This document shows, piece by piece, positions 46,880 through 58,353 of a stretch of DNA of 64,000 bases (its first letter is position 1; every line of letters begins with the position of its first letter). The notes beneath the pieces are model-generated. The model saw nothing but the letters and a program-made list of their open reading frames with translations, did not search any database and was not told where the DNA came from. Both the position numbers and the translations under genes were made by a program. This DNA comes from a virus (lineage: Duplodnaviria; Heunggongvirae; Uroviricota; Caudoviricetes): the IMG/VR virus record IMGVR_UViG_3300033069_001798, positions 64,001-128,000 of that record; one strand, 5' to 3'.

Positions 46880-49834
46880 TTACTTTTCTGTAGTCTTAAT
46901 GCCGTCTTTCATCTTCTGCACGATCTGCGGAGCACCTTCGTACTTGCCATATGCATCGTAGAACGCCATTGTCAAGCTAGATTCAAACTTTCCAGGCGTC
47001 AGCGTATGGGTCAATCCACAGATTCCATAGATGTTATCGATCGTTGTTCCAGTGTTAAAATCTATGAAGAACAACTGCGAATAATTCAATATTGGGCAGC
47101 CAAGCGTTCGAAGGGTCAAGGCAGCGGGAATGACTTTAAGCGGCAAACCACCACCGCCACCGCCAGCGGGCGTTGCTGAAACTTTCTTACCTGAGTTTAG
47201 ACCCAATAGTTGTGCTGCTGTCAAGTTTGAATCTTGCTTCGTCGAGAGGCTAGCTTCCATGACAGCAGACGAATTCATGCCGTAGATGATGCTTGGAACT
47301 AGCTTTGACACCATGTGCTTCACCTTTTGGTTGTTAGCATCGGTCGTCATCGTTCCAACAGTCAGCTTGATGCCAGTGTCGCCAGTGTTCGTTGCAATCT
47401 CGTACAGATCTTTGAAGATGTTCTTCACTATCTGCGTGCGATCTTCAGTGTGACGCTTAACCCATGGGTCTGGGTCGACTTCCATGAACGTCGTACCGTT
47501 CGGCGTGTCGGACCTGAGTATTGACGCAGCAGTCTTGTACGGATTGACTGTCTTGTCGTAAACGTGAATCTTCGAGATCTTTCTGAAAGTCTTGCCCAGC
47601 TCGTCAGGTTTTGCTGACACAGAATTAGCTGGATCGTTGAAGTACTGCAGTAGATCAACCGGTACTGATTTTCCTGACTTGCTGTCGTACCTTTCGTGCG
47701 TCATCTCAACGTAAACTTCGATCTGCGGCATCTGAAACGTGCCGCGGCGTCCATTGACAGAAGATAGCAACGATTCATACTGCTCTCCTTTCTTCTTGTC
47801 TTTGTAATCTGGATCTCTGTTCTTAGGATCCCAAGGTTTGAAGACACCAGCAGAGCGAAAGCCGTAACCGATAGCTCTTGAATCGTTGATCTGCGCATCG
47901 ACAGCAAGCTTCACAAACTGCTCAACTGTCATAGCTTCAGTGCCGTTCTTCTCTATCACTTCTTTGTACTGTCTCAGGAAGACTGGTATATCGATTGGGA
48001 ACTCAGCTATGTTTGTTGATGAAGCCTTTCCAGCCCTGTCGTTGAGCTGGTAGAACAAGATTTGAAATTCATCTACTGTCTGTATCGAAAACAGAGCTGG
48101 TGCCATGAACACCATGAACAGCTTACCAAAAGACACCACGGCTTTGCGGAAGTTTGTTCCTTCCTTTAGTTCTTTCGAGATGTCGTCTTCTTTGTTGTAC
48201 GATGACAATTCTTTCAAGAACGGATGATCATCTTCGATGCCAGTTTCCTCCTTCATCGTCTTGTTCTTCTCATCGAAGATCAGAAATGGATCTGGACCAG
48301 CTACAAGAGCATCGAACTTTTGCTTCACGTAATTAGAAGCAATTGTCTTGACTTGCTCTTTGAATTCAAAGTTCTCGTTCTTCTTTCCAGTTGGTTTGTA
48401 CAGCTCTTTCAGCTTGGCTATCAACGGGTCAGACGCACCCTTAGCAATCCTTCCAGTATCTTGAAGCATCTTCTCGAGACCCTTGATTGAATCGATGATC
48501 TCATCTGGTTTCATGTCAGGAAATTGTCCGCCCTCAGCAGCATCAAGGATCATGAATCCCCTTATCTCTTTGTTCAATCCCGTTGGAGGATCTAGCTTGT
48601 AGCTTTTGCGAAGTTCTGCAATCTGCTCTGCGAGCGCATTGATTCTCTCTGATAGCTTCTTGAACGAGTTTGGACCTTCGTTCACTTTGATGTCACGAAG
48701 CTCTGACACAGCTTTGGTGTAAAGTTCAATCGTGATAGAAACTTGACCGGTCTGATCAAAAGAATACGAAGCGTTCTTCACGCCGTATGCTTCTTTTACC
48801 AGCATGTTTCTGTTTATGAAATCAGCGTACGTTTCAGATGCTGAATCGCCAGACGGCTCATAAGGATGGCGCCAACCGTATGTAAGCCAGCAAGTTGTTC
48901 TTGTGTACGTAGTTGGTTGGATCAGATCAGCAACTTCTGCTAGCCTGGAGCGATCATGAAGCTTCATCACAACAGTCGCATGCTTGTAAGACATGATGCC
49001 AACAGTTGGCGCCACGTTGATGCTGACACTCTCGATAGATGCAAATGGCCGAGTAGGATCAAGAACATCAACGTATCGAGCACCAGGTTCAACCGGGTTC
49101 ATATTGATCAACGTCTGCGGAGAAGTGAACAATTCCATGCCAGCTGAAGTCTGGACGCTTTGGTCGTTCTTCTTGGCACGAGCTTTTCTCATGATATCAT
49201 TTGGCGAACCAGGATCGACGTCAACGCCGCCCATCAAGAACTTCAGAAGTCCGGCTGTCTGAAGTTTCTTTACGTCTTTGTTGAATCCTCTGTCAAACAC
49301 AAATTCAAGCTCTAGGTACGGTACACACCTCGATATCACAGTTGATGGCAAGAAGTTCAAGAACAGCTCGGCTTTTTGCGCATCCTTTACAGCTGGTGAC
49401 ACAAAGGGCGTGTTTGAGAGGATTACGCTCATATCGCGGTTTCCTCTTATTTTTTCATCAATGTTAGCAAGCTGATCAAACGTTACGGGCGCAGTAGCAG
49501 TTTTGCCCTTGTTGTCCCTGTACATGTACGGGTACTTCACTTCGGGTATGTTGCCAGCAGTAGAGTAAAAGTTCAGCAGCAGATCGAAATCTTTCTTATC
49601 ACCCTTCAGCTCACCGCCAGAATCTCCTTTTCCACTTCTGTACGACTTTAGTTTTTCTAGCATCTGAGACGCAGAAAATGAACCGCCGTTTCCTGACTCT
49701 AGTAGCAGACGTTGCAACACTCTAGTGAGAGAATTTTGAGCTGATGCATCGCCTATTCCTATCCTCTGCGTCACCAGCAAGTCTGCTGGTTGAACCATGC
49801 GAAATATGTTCTCTAGCTTCGTAAAGTCAGCCAT
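46880..49834 (-). CDS. large putative baseplate hub/tail structural protein
   Basis: 984 aa in the tail operon; WLTYGW, YGVKNASYSFDQTGQV, LRTLGCP (hub-like patterns). Confidence 0.5.
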   Translation of the reverse strand: MADFTKLENIFRMVQPADLLVTQRIGIGDASAQNSLTRVLQRLLLESGNGGSFSASQMLEKLKSYRSGKGDSGGELKGDKKDFDLLLNFYSTAGNIPEVKYPYMYRDNKGKTATAPVTFDQLANIDEKIRGNRDMSVILSNTPFVSPAVKDAQKAELFLNFLPSTVISRCVPYLELEFVFDRGFNKDVKKLQTAGLLKFLMGGVDVDPGSPNDIMRKARAKKNDQSVQTSAGMELFTSPQTLINMNPVEPGARYVDVLDPTRPFASIESVSINVAPTVGIMSYKHATVVMKLHDRSRLAEVADLIQPTTYTRTTCWLTYGWRHPYEPSGDSASETYADFINRNMLVKEAYGVKNASYSFDQTGQVSITIELYTKAVSELRDIKVNEGPNSFKKLSERINALAEQIAELRKSYKLDPPTGLNKEIRGFMILDAAEGGQFPDMKPDEIIDSIKGLEKMLQDTGRIAKGASDPLIAKLKELYKPTGKKNENFEFKEQVKTIASNYVKQKFDALVAGPDPFLIFDEKNKTMKEETGIEDDHPFLKELSSYNKEDDISKELKEGTNFRKAVVSFGKLFMVFMAPALFSIQTVDEFQILFYQLNDRAGKASSTNIAEFPIDIPVFLRQYKEVIEKNGTEAMTVEQFVKLAVDAQINDSRAIGYGFRSAGVFKPWDPKNRDPDYKDKKKGEQYESLLSSVNGRRGTFQMPQIEVYVEMTHERYDSKSGKSVPVDLLQYFNDPANSVSAKPDELGKTFRKISKIHVYDKTVNPYKTAASILRSDTPNGTTFMEVDPDPWVKRHTEDRTQIVKNIFKDLYEIATNTGDTGIKLTVGTMTTDANNQKVKHMVSKLVPSIIYGMNSSAVMEASLSTKQDSNLTAAQLLGLNSGKKVSATPAGGGGGGLPLKVIPAALTLRTLGCPILNYSQLFFIDFNTGTTIDNIYGICGLTHTLTPGKFESSLTMAFYDAYGKYEGAPQIVQKMKDGIKTTEK

Positions 49835-49840
49835 GTTTTA

Positions 49841-50134
49841 TCATCCAACGAGAGCCGAAATATCTGCAAGATCAGGTATGTTGATGACAGTTCCAGGCGG
49901 GATTTGCATGCCCCAACCGATGTTAGATGCCGCGGCTAGAACCCACCAGTACCTGCCATCGCCGTAGATGCTGCCAGCCAGAGTATCTAGCCTTTCTTTG
50001 CCTCTCACAAGAAGTTGTTTGGTGCTGATGGCGCCTGACTTGATGCCATCTCTTATCGTGTTGATGGCAAACGAAGTGCCATATTGACGACCGTAATCTA
50101 TCACTGCTGATCTAGAATACCTGCTAAATGCCAT
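49841..50134 (-). CDS. LysM-like / tail protein X baseplate component
   Basis: ERLDTLAGSIYGDGRYWWVLAAASNI...PGTVINIP. Confidence 0.8.
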   Translation of the reverse strand: MAFSRYSRSAVIDYGRQYGTSFAINTIRDGIKSGAISTKQLLVRGKERLDTLAGSIYGDGRYWWVLAAASNIGWGMQIPPGTVINIPDLADISALVG

Positions 50135-50140
50135 AGAACA

Positions 50141-53100
50141 TCATCCTTGCTTCTTATCAAGATCATTACCATGTGCATGGAATCCGATCGGGTAGATAGG
50201 TGCACGATTGAATCCCTGAGAATCCAGACCGGGTGTGATATCGTGGATTGGGCTAAAAGCAATCGTGACCTTGCACATCAACGGTGCACGAGAACCAGGA
50301 TCAGTTCCCCACATCGTCTTGTCGTACCAATCAAAATTCATAGATTCAATGAATCCTGCAAGACCCTTACCGCCGGCAGACCTGAATGATTTGACGATTG
50401 CATTCTTTTCGATGTCAAGGAACGCTGTCAAATCTTTCACTGCATCATTCTCATCTGCAAACACATCTGCAAACACATCATTAAAGATCTTTTTTGAAGT
50501 TGCTTTAGATGGTCTAAGTTGATCGATTACAAATCCATAAGAAGAGCCAATGATTCTATTTTTTGGATCATCACTGTTATCATGCTTTGACCTGATCTGT
50601 TTTATTATATGGCTTTGCACAGACGGATCGATCACTCCTTGATCGCTCAAAAATGCTGCGTCTGGTATGTTTGGTTTTACCCAAACAACCGTAGTGATTC
50701 CAGCGTCTTCAACTTTATCAATTTTCACAGGTATGTACGCAGCGTTATAGTCAATTTTCCATTCAGGTGCAAAACTATTACCGCCAGATCCCCCGACGCT
50801 AACTGAAAGACCAACTGATTCTTGCTTTTGATCAGATGTATTTCCAGTAACGATCCAAGTATTACCCTTGTCTGCGGTTTTTATTGCTTCTTCTACTTTG
50901 CTTTTTAGATCAAGAATCTTACTGCCATCGAGCTTTAGCTTTTTATTACCAAACTGTGCACCCTTCAAAGTTGCACCGAACAATCTTGCTAGCGCAAATC
51001 TGCTGTAGTTTGAGGCGAATAGATCACCAAGCTTGATTCGAATCAAAGGTGAGGCACCCATCATCTGGCTGAACGGTTGGATGAAACTGTACTTTGCTTT
51101 TTCATCAGTCAACCTTCTGCCTTCAGTGTACTGTGGATAGACGAGCGTGACCAACTTGTTGATCTTGACCCACATGTCGTTGAAATCAGCTGGTGACGTT
51201 GAAACAATGTAAAAGCTCAAGCCAATTTTTCTGTTCGTTCCTTTGTAGATCTTCACAGGCTCAACTCTGCCAAAACCCTCAGAGCTATCGTAATTTGCTG
51301 TGAAATCATCAGTAAGCGAAGCTAGAAATGCATGGAAAGCAATGACTTCGTTCGTTCGAACATCGTGAAAGTAGAATGGAATGTACTCAGAACCATCAAG
51401 AACAGCTTCAATCTTTTTAAGAGTGACAGCGTCTGGTGCATCACCAGAATCGCCGATCGGAATTCGATTGCCGTTTGTCTTTGCATCATCATCGCTAAGA
51501 AGCCTGTAGAACGATCTAGTGTCAGATTCTTGCAAACCCAATCCACTTTGAAACGCGCCCAGTGATTGAGCGACAGGTTGCAACCCGGCAATTGCGTTTG
51601 GTAGCAAGTAAAGAGACGGTGCTCTATTAGATGCCCACGCAAGCTTGAGCTTCGTGCCATTTCCCAACCTTGACTTTAGGGCTGCTGCACCTGGGACGTT
51701 ATCGCCGATCTTGTCAACCTTTGATTTTCTGATCGGCTCTTCTTTGCGACCATCGACGACGTCATCTGGATTTTCTGTCAAAACTGCATCACCCAACGTT
51801 GCGAATATGTTGAGAGCAGAGATCAGCTTCGAAGCCCTCAACGTCTCGATCATTGACAGCAGGTTCTTCACGCCAGAGATCAAGTTTGAGCTCTTGAAAA
51901 CTTTCTTGATTGAGTCGATGATTACTGTGATCGATCTGATGATAGCACGAGCGACGACTGAGTTGTACCCTGGCGCAGATGCAGCGCTCTTCAATCCAGA
52001 CGTAACAACACCAAGGATTCCACCTTCATCTGAAATTCCAAAGAATGCGTAGATGCCAGCATTCAACGCTGAGCTAAACGGCTTAATAGTTGAGCGCAAC
52101 CCAAGCATAGCACCAATGTCTGGAGGTAGACCTGGCGGGAATGCGTTTGGATCAGCTTGCTTCGTTACAGTTGAACGTCCTAGGATGTATCGACCGTCAG
52201 GGTTCTTCTTCGGTTCTGGTGAACCTTTCACAAGCGAGAGGATGAAACCAAGACCTTTGAACAGAAGCGTGACGCCAGCGGTAAGAGCAGTCGACAACGC
52301 AATCATTCCCAAAGATGTAAGACCAGAGTACGTGTCAAGAGCGTTGTTCAACGATCCCCACGAGTCACCACCGATAGAGATGTAATTTCCACCCGGGATC
52401 TCAGAGTTGGTCAATCCATCAAGAACATCGTGAGCTTGAAGCAAGACAACATCAACTTTTGATGCACCCATCTGGTTGAAGCTTGGAAGAATTGCTTTCG
52501 CTTCTTGACCGCCAGAGCTCGGGTTCGAACCGCCAGCAGCTGAATTCAGCTCTCTTGATGCTCTGATAGACAGAGAAACACCGACCTGTGCCAACCTTCC
52601 AGCTGAGATCTCACCGTACTTTGGAGAGTGAAACGTAGGGTTGTAATCTTCTGGTGGGTTTGTCAGATCAACTGGTGCATACGTGTTAGCGTCAGTGAAT
52701 CGATTGTTCTTCAGCACGGCTGAAGTGTAGTTCTTCAACGTTCCGAGGTCACCCTTCTTCACCTGCGGAAGAAGTTCGTTACCGGTGACAGTGCCACCTT
52801 TCGTTGCTTCTTTACCTTTGCGAAGCTTAGCGGTGCTAGCATCTGGTGGTGAGTAAGGTCTGACATCACCGTGAGCTGGACTGTTCATCCAACCCTTTAG
52901 GTCTGGCGTGATATCTGTCGTGCCGCGGTAAGTCGCTTTGCCAGACTCAACTTTCGGAAGTGGAAAGTGCTTCGCATTACCAGTTGTCTGCTCGTCTGCA
53001 GGAATGACAGGCGTTCCACCTTCAACAGTGATGCTGCCAGGATTTGCAGTAGCATCGACTGGATAGTAGTTTACAGCAGTCTTCTTACCAAGGTAATCAG

Positions 53101-53308
53101 CTAGGGTCTTCTTAGTTACCTTGCTAAGATCTTTTCTTGGAGGATCATTCTGCTCAACGGTCATATCACCGTTGTCAGTCTGCAACGGGTAGTTTGGATC
53201 TGGCGGTGCGTTAGGATCACCAACGTCGTACGTATACGACTTTCCGTCGATGTCAAACCCTGGTGTACCTGTTTTAGTTCCCATCTTATCCCGTAGAGCC
53301 CGATGCAA
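50141..53308 (-). CDS. large putative baseplate/tail structural protein
   Basis: 1055 aa; YIPFYFHDVRT..FHAFL..LTDDF..GR.EPVKIYKGT.RKI (tube-initiator-like domain). Confidence 0.55.
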   Translation of the reverse strand: MHRALRDKMGTKTGTPGFDIDGKSYTYDVGDPNAPPDPNYPLQTDNGDMTVEQNDPPRKDLSKVTKKTLADYLGKKTAVNYYPVDATANPGSITVEGGTPVIPADEQTTGNAKHFPLPKVESGKATYRGTTDITPDLKGWMNSPAHGDVRPYSPPDASTAKLRKGKEATKGGTVTGNELLPQVKKGDLGTLKNYTSAVLKNNRFTDANTYAPVDLTNPPEDYNPTFHSPKYGEISAGRLAQVGVSLSIRASRELNSAAGGSNPSSGGQEAKAILPSFNQMGASKVDVVLLQAHDVLDGLTNSEIPGGNYISIGGDSWGSLNNALDTYSGLTSLGMIALSTALTAGVTLLFKGLGFILSLVKGSPEPKKNPDGRYILGRSTVTKQADPNAFPPGLPPDIGAMLGLRSTIKPFSSALNAGIYAFFGISDEGGILGVVTSGLKSAASAPGYNSVVARAIIRSITVIIDSIKKVFKSSNLISGVKNLLSMIETLRASKLISALNIFATLGDAVLTENPDDVVDGRKEEPIRKSKVDKIGDNVPGAAALKSRLGNGTKLKLAWASNRAPSLYLLPNAIAGLQPVAQSLGAFQSGLGLQESDTRSFYRLLSDDDAKTNGNRIPIGDSGDAPDAVTLKKIEAVLDGSEYIPFYFHDVRTNEVIAFHAFLASLTDDFTANYDSSEGFGRVEPVKIYKGTNRKIGLSFYIVSTSPADFNDMWVKINKLVTLVYPQYTEGRRLTDEKAKYSFIQPFSQMMGASPLIRIKLGDLFASNYSRFALARLFGATLKGAQFGNKKLKLDGSKILDLKSKVEEAIKTADKGNTWIVTGNTSDQKQESVGLSVSVGGSGGNSFAPEWKIDYNAAYIPVKIDKVEDAGITTVVWVKPNIPDAAFLSDQGVIDPSVQSHIIKQIRSKHDNSDDPKNRIIGSSYGFVIDQLRPSKATSKKIFNDVFADVFADENDAVKDLTAFLDIEKNAIVKSFRSAGGKGLAGFIESMNFDWYDKTMWGTDPGSRAPLMCKVTIAFSPIHDITPGLDSQGFNRAPIYPIGFHAHGNDLDKKQG

Positions 53309-53561
53309 CTGGCTCTGAGTTAACTACTTGCTTCTCACCAGTTAGACCCCTAGACAGTTCAGCGATTGCTTCAGGATCTGCCTTCAAAGCATCCATGAAT
53401 TCATCCATCGATGAGATCAGATCTATCAGCAACGGTTCAACTGCACCGACGATCTTTTTCTTTTCTTCTTCATCAACGCTGTTCAGCGCAGATTGCCAGA
53501 TAGGATCGTTCACCAGCTCATCTCTAATTTCTTTTTTTGTGCGCATGGTGGATTCTACCAT
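53286..53561 (-). CDS. hypothetical protein
   Basis: 91-aa ORF in the tail operon. Confidence 0.6.
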   Translation of the reverse strand: MVESTMRTKKEIRDELVNDPIWQSALNSVDEEEKKKIVGAVEPLLIDLISSMDEFMDALKADPEAIAELSRGLTGEKQVVNSEPVASGSTG

Positions 53562-53600
53562 CTTTTTTCAAAGAATATTCTCGTGCCATCGTGGCTTCAC

Positions 53601-56600
53601 TAATTTAGCCGTAGCAGGGAAGGCGTAGACACCAGACGGGCTGTTTGGTAGGACGTCGGTAGACTCCTTACCAGCAGTTCCTGGACCGGTTGCAAAGTTC
53701 AATCGATTGCGGATGACAGACTTCTCTCTGAGAACAAGAGACTTCTCAAGGTCAGCAGCGTTCATCTCAACTTGCAGATTGACATTGATGATGACGTCCT
53801 TGCTCTTCACTTGGTAGTTGAACTTTCCGCCGATTCCCAACCCAGACGCAAGCGTCTTCAACTTGGCGTTCAGCTTTAGGTCTGGAAGCGAGCCCATTGC
53901 ATCGTTCAATGAATTAGCTTTCTCAACCAAATTGCTGATAGCAAGAAGCGCTTGCTTGATGCCACCATTCATTATCATTTCGGCTGAAGATGTCATCGTA
54001 GTACCAGCTTCATTTGAAACAGTTGCAAGACTAGAAAGTTGTGCAGCAGAAGATTCAACAAATTTTGCTTGCGCAGCTGACATTGATTGAATCGCAGAAT
54101 TCATCTTTCCGATGATTTCATTTTCAATCGCTGAAGTAAGTTTTTCTATCTTTGAAACCGTGGATCTTAGTTGATCAACAGAAGTTGACGCTGCGGATAC
54201 ATCAGGCAATTTTGCAGACGTTGCAGCGGCTTGCTTAGATGATGTTGCTTGAGCAGAAATTGACTCAGATTTGCTTTTAGCAATTTTTGCTGCATCGCCC
54301 ATCTTTTTTTCCATTGATTTTGGAAGATCGTCAATGCCATTATTGAATCCAGCTACGATATCATCGCCAATGTCTTCAAACACTTTCGAAGGTGAGCTGA
54401 TCTTAAATGCTTTCTTAGCAACGGCAATCAGATCTTTGAAAACACCGATATCAAGCAATTTATTCAGTGCGTTAGAAATTCCTTCGACGACCGCACCGAA
54501 CAGCTCACCAATTTTAGACATACTAAAGATATCGACTATGATATCCCATGCCTTTTGAAAAGCAGACCCAATGACATCTTTAACGGTTCCAAATGCAGAT
54601 TTAACAGGATCGATTACGTTCGAACTAAACCAATTTGAAACTGTGTTCCAAACCATCTTTACTAGTTCCCAAGTATTTGCAAATTCAGTAGTGATTGAAT
54701 TTGCAATCTTTGAAAACAAATTGCCGAGCGGGATGATGACTTCATTCATCATCCAATCTGGCAAGGCATCCCAAACTTCCAATATAAATTCGTACGCACC
54801 AACGATCAAATTCTTAGTTTCTTCTATTTGGCCCATAATAGCGCCAACTACAAAAGTAACGATCTTCCCAATATTCTTAAATGCCAACTGCACCAAGTAT
54901 ACAGCACCCTTTAGCAGCAAAAAGACCGGGATTGTGTGCAATACAACTTTCATGATAGACATCATTGTATCACGATGACTTCTGAACAAGTATTGCAATG
55001 TCTTCAAAACAGCAACAATCGGTAGCCAAAGTGGCGCCGTCGCACGACCAAAAACGTAAAGCAATGCCTTACCAACCGACATCAAAATAGAACCCAAAGG
55101 AGCTAGCGCCTCTAGCCAGGCTTGTATGCTAGCTACTACTCCACTCTCTTTGAAGTACGCTGATATATCACCAAACAAGTCTGATATCTTACCCATAACG
55201 TTACTCAACAACGTAAAATACTCAGATATCAACCAAAATACCGGGCCTACGATTGGAATATCTTCGCCTTTCTTAAACAAATCAGCTAGAACACCCCAGA
55301 ACATAGAAAGCAGCTTTGTTCCGAATTGAAATGCCATCACATACAACGTTGGAATCTGCTCAACCATCCACAAGAACCAGTTGCCAACGAAACTCAACAA
55401 TTTGCCACCAAGATCTTGAAGCGCGCCGGATATATCGCCCTCTTTTCCTTTGAAGATCTCAGAGATCAAGTTACCGAAGCTGCCAAAGACATCAAGCGCA
55501 GAACCAATATATGCCTTCAACCTTCCAGTGAAAGAAGCACCAAAAACATCTTGAATTGCACCAAATATCATCTCTGACATTGACGCAAATTGTTCAGCAA
55601 CAATTTCTTGAATTGAGTCTGGCAGCAATCCGAACGTAAAAGCATTAATAATACCAGCCGCAGCTGCACCCATCTTTGCTTCAGTTCTACCGAACGTTGG
55701 TGCAAGCTTGTCTTCAAACTTCTTCATTGCATCGTTAACATTGACAGCAAGATCACCGATAGCAACTGCGATTGCTGCAGGTCCCAAGAATTTGCCAAGT
55801 CCGCCAAAAATTTTCCTAAATAGACCTCCAAACCCTCGAGTTCCAGCTCTTTCTGCAGCACCAGCTGCAGGTCCCAAGAATGCTCCTTTAATTGCGTTAG
55901 CTATCAATGAACCAACGCTAGAAGTCATAATTCCCAACAGTGATCTGACTATGGCAGGACCAAACAAGATTCCAAACACGTATGGCAATGCCGGCTTCAC
56001 AAGATTGATAAAGTCGTCAGACGTGAAGTACTCAAACAGTTTTTCACCAACTACCTTAACCAAGTCAAAAATTGCTGGTTTTAGAATATTCCACGAATCT
56101 CTAAGAGAATCAATCAGAGGTTGAATCATCTCGAACGCAGCAGCAGCACCGTCTCCACCTGCTTCCTTGACTGCATCTTTTGCAGATTTTGGATCAAGAA
56201 TCAATTTTGTGATGCTTTTCAAAACTTCAGCAATTTTTGTTGAAGCCCATCTTATGCCATCCGCAATCACATTGATGATGATCTTAAAGATCTTTCGAAA
56301 TCCCTTGATGGTTTTCTGTCCAGCGGGTGTCTGATCATTGAAGAAATCAAAGAAATGCTTCTGGATGTTCTCCATCAGTTTTGGGAATGAATGTTCACCG
56401 TGCGTTGCATCTTCAAAGAATGCAACGATTTCTTCGCCAAAAGCATTAAACAGCTTAGAAAATTTTCCTGGTTTGAAAAATTCAGCAAGACCGCCCAAGA
56501 ACTCTTGGATCGGCGTAAGCTGGGCGAACAATTTACCAGCTTTCACACCTGCCATCTCGACAAGTTGCAAACCTCGTCGGATATTCATAATAGTATCTCT

Positions 56601-58238
56601 GAACTCCTTCGAGGCTTGGATTCCTCCCAAGAACCCTCTGAAGAAACGCTCAAAGTAACCACCAGAACCCTGACCACCTGCCTGAACTAGTCTCTCAATC
56701 GAGTCAGCAAGAGCCTTCATGGCTTCTGCCTGGCTCATCTGCTTCTTCTCAGCGCCTTCGCTCTTCTTCTTGATGTCATCAAGAGAAGCGCCTTGGTTCT
56801 TCAAAGAAAAAACTTGACGTGCAGTTGCTTCATCAAGACCGGTCGTTGAAGCAAGAAGCTTCATCTGCTGACGATTGAAAGAAGATGCATCCTGACCAGC
56901 GGCAGCAAACTGCTTGCGCAGCATGTCAATCTGCGTTGCTGGATCTTGAGCTTCCATCAGCTTAAAAGCATCGACGTTCAAACCGAACGATTGCGACAGC
57001 TTTGCTGCGTTCTCAGCAGCTGAGTCAAAAGTATCAAACGCATCTAGCGTGCCAGTGATCTTGTCAAGCTCTAGGCCCAACTTCCTAGCGTATACAGACG
57101 CCGTCGCGATCTCTTTGACAGTTGCGCCAGCAAAGTGCTTCACGTCAGCGAAGGCTTTTGCCATGTCCCTAGAGATCAACTTTGAATCAATCTGGAATGC
57201 TTTGCCAAGACCCTGAGCTTGCTTCTGAACCTCGTACAGCTGCTTCGCCATGTTGGTTCCGAGAGATTTTGCTCTCTCGCTCATGGTCCTCATCATCTCA
57301 CCAGATAGACCAAGACCCTTCTGCCAGGCGAGCAGAGCACCACCATTCTCCTTGAATTCATCAGCAAAGTTCTGGAAGTTTGGTCCCATCTCCTGAGCCA
57401 ACTTCAAAAATTCTTCTAGTCGATGTGCCAGGTTACCAAAGATCCTGTATGCAGATAGGCCAGTATCTGAGAATCCCTTCAACTGGATGGACATGTCCAT
57501 GATCACCTTTGGTGATCCAGTTCCCAAAGCTCCAAATTCTTTTCTGAGGTTTTCGATAGCTTGTGCTAGCTCAGTTGATCCAGCGCCAGCATTATTTGCG
57601 ATATCGATCAATCCCTTGAACATCTTGAACGGGATTGCAAGGATCGCACCACCAATGTTAAACAACGCAGACGTCAAACCTTCAAGCATTCCAAGTGAAG
57701 CTTTACCGACAGCGATGACATTTTCAATGCCTTGTGCAAAACCCGACGCAGCCGCTGATGCAACCAGCATGCCTTCAGGAAACTTCTTTGACACAGTTAT
57801 GCCAAGCTTGCCAAGTTGCTTGTTCAAGACACCTGCGGCGCCACCCGGTTCTGACAATGCCTCATGAAGCTTATCAAGGGGTGTCTTATTCATTCCTTCT
57901 ATGAGCTTCGTCGACTCTTTGATTCGACCGCTAAGCGACGTCACTGACGTTCCAGCATCACCAGCCTTCTTCGCCATCTCTTCAAACGTTTGTTGGTTGA
58001 TGTTCTTGGCCTTGGATAGGCTTTCAGCCATCTGCTTCAGATCTTTGTTGATCTTTCCTATCTCGCCGATGACGTTCTTAACATCAACTTGGCCCATCGT
58101 AGTAGCCAACTGCTTCATTGACTCTACTTGCGTAGCGTAAGCCGCGTCAATCTTCGCAGACGACACCGCCATGCGATCCATCAAAGCAGCTAGCTTTGTC
58201 GCAATATCAACCTGGTCTTTATCTACTGGGCCCGCCAC
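53601..58238 (-). CDS. tape measure protein; ends at TTA 53601-53603
   Basis: 1545 aa, Ala/Gly-rich and helical, with W/F-rich repeats and C-terminal FKISSPSKVF. Confidence 0.85.
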
Positions 58239-58353
58239 TTAGACCTCAACCTACAAGTAGGTTTCTTATTTCGTTATCAGTCATGTTCTTTACCAGTTGT
58301 TTCGGAAGTGATTTGCGACGCGAAGTTTCAAAAGTGATAAAAGTAGCATAAAA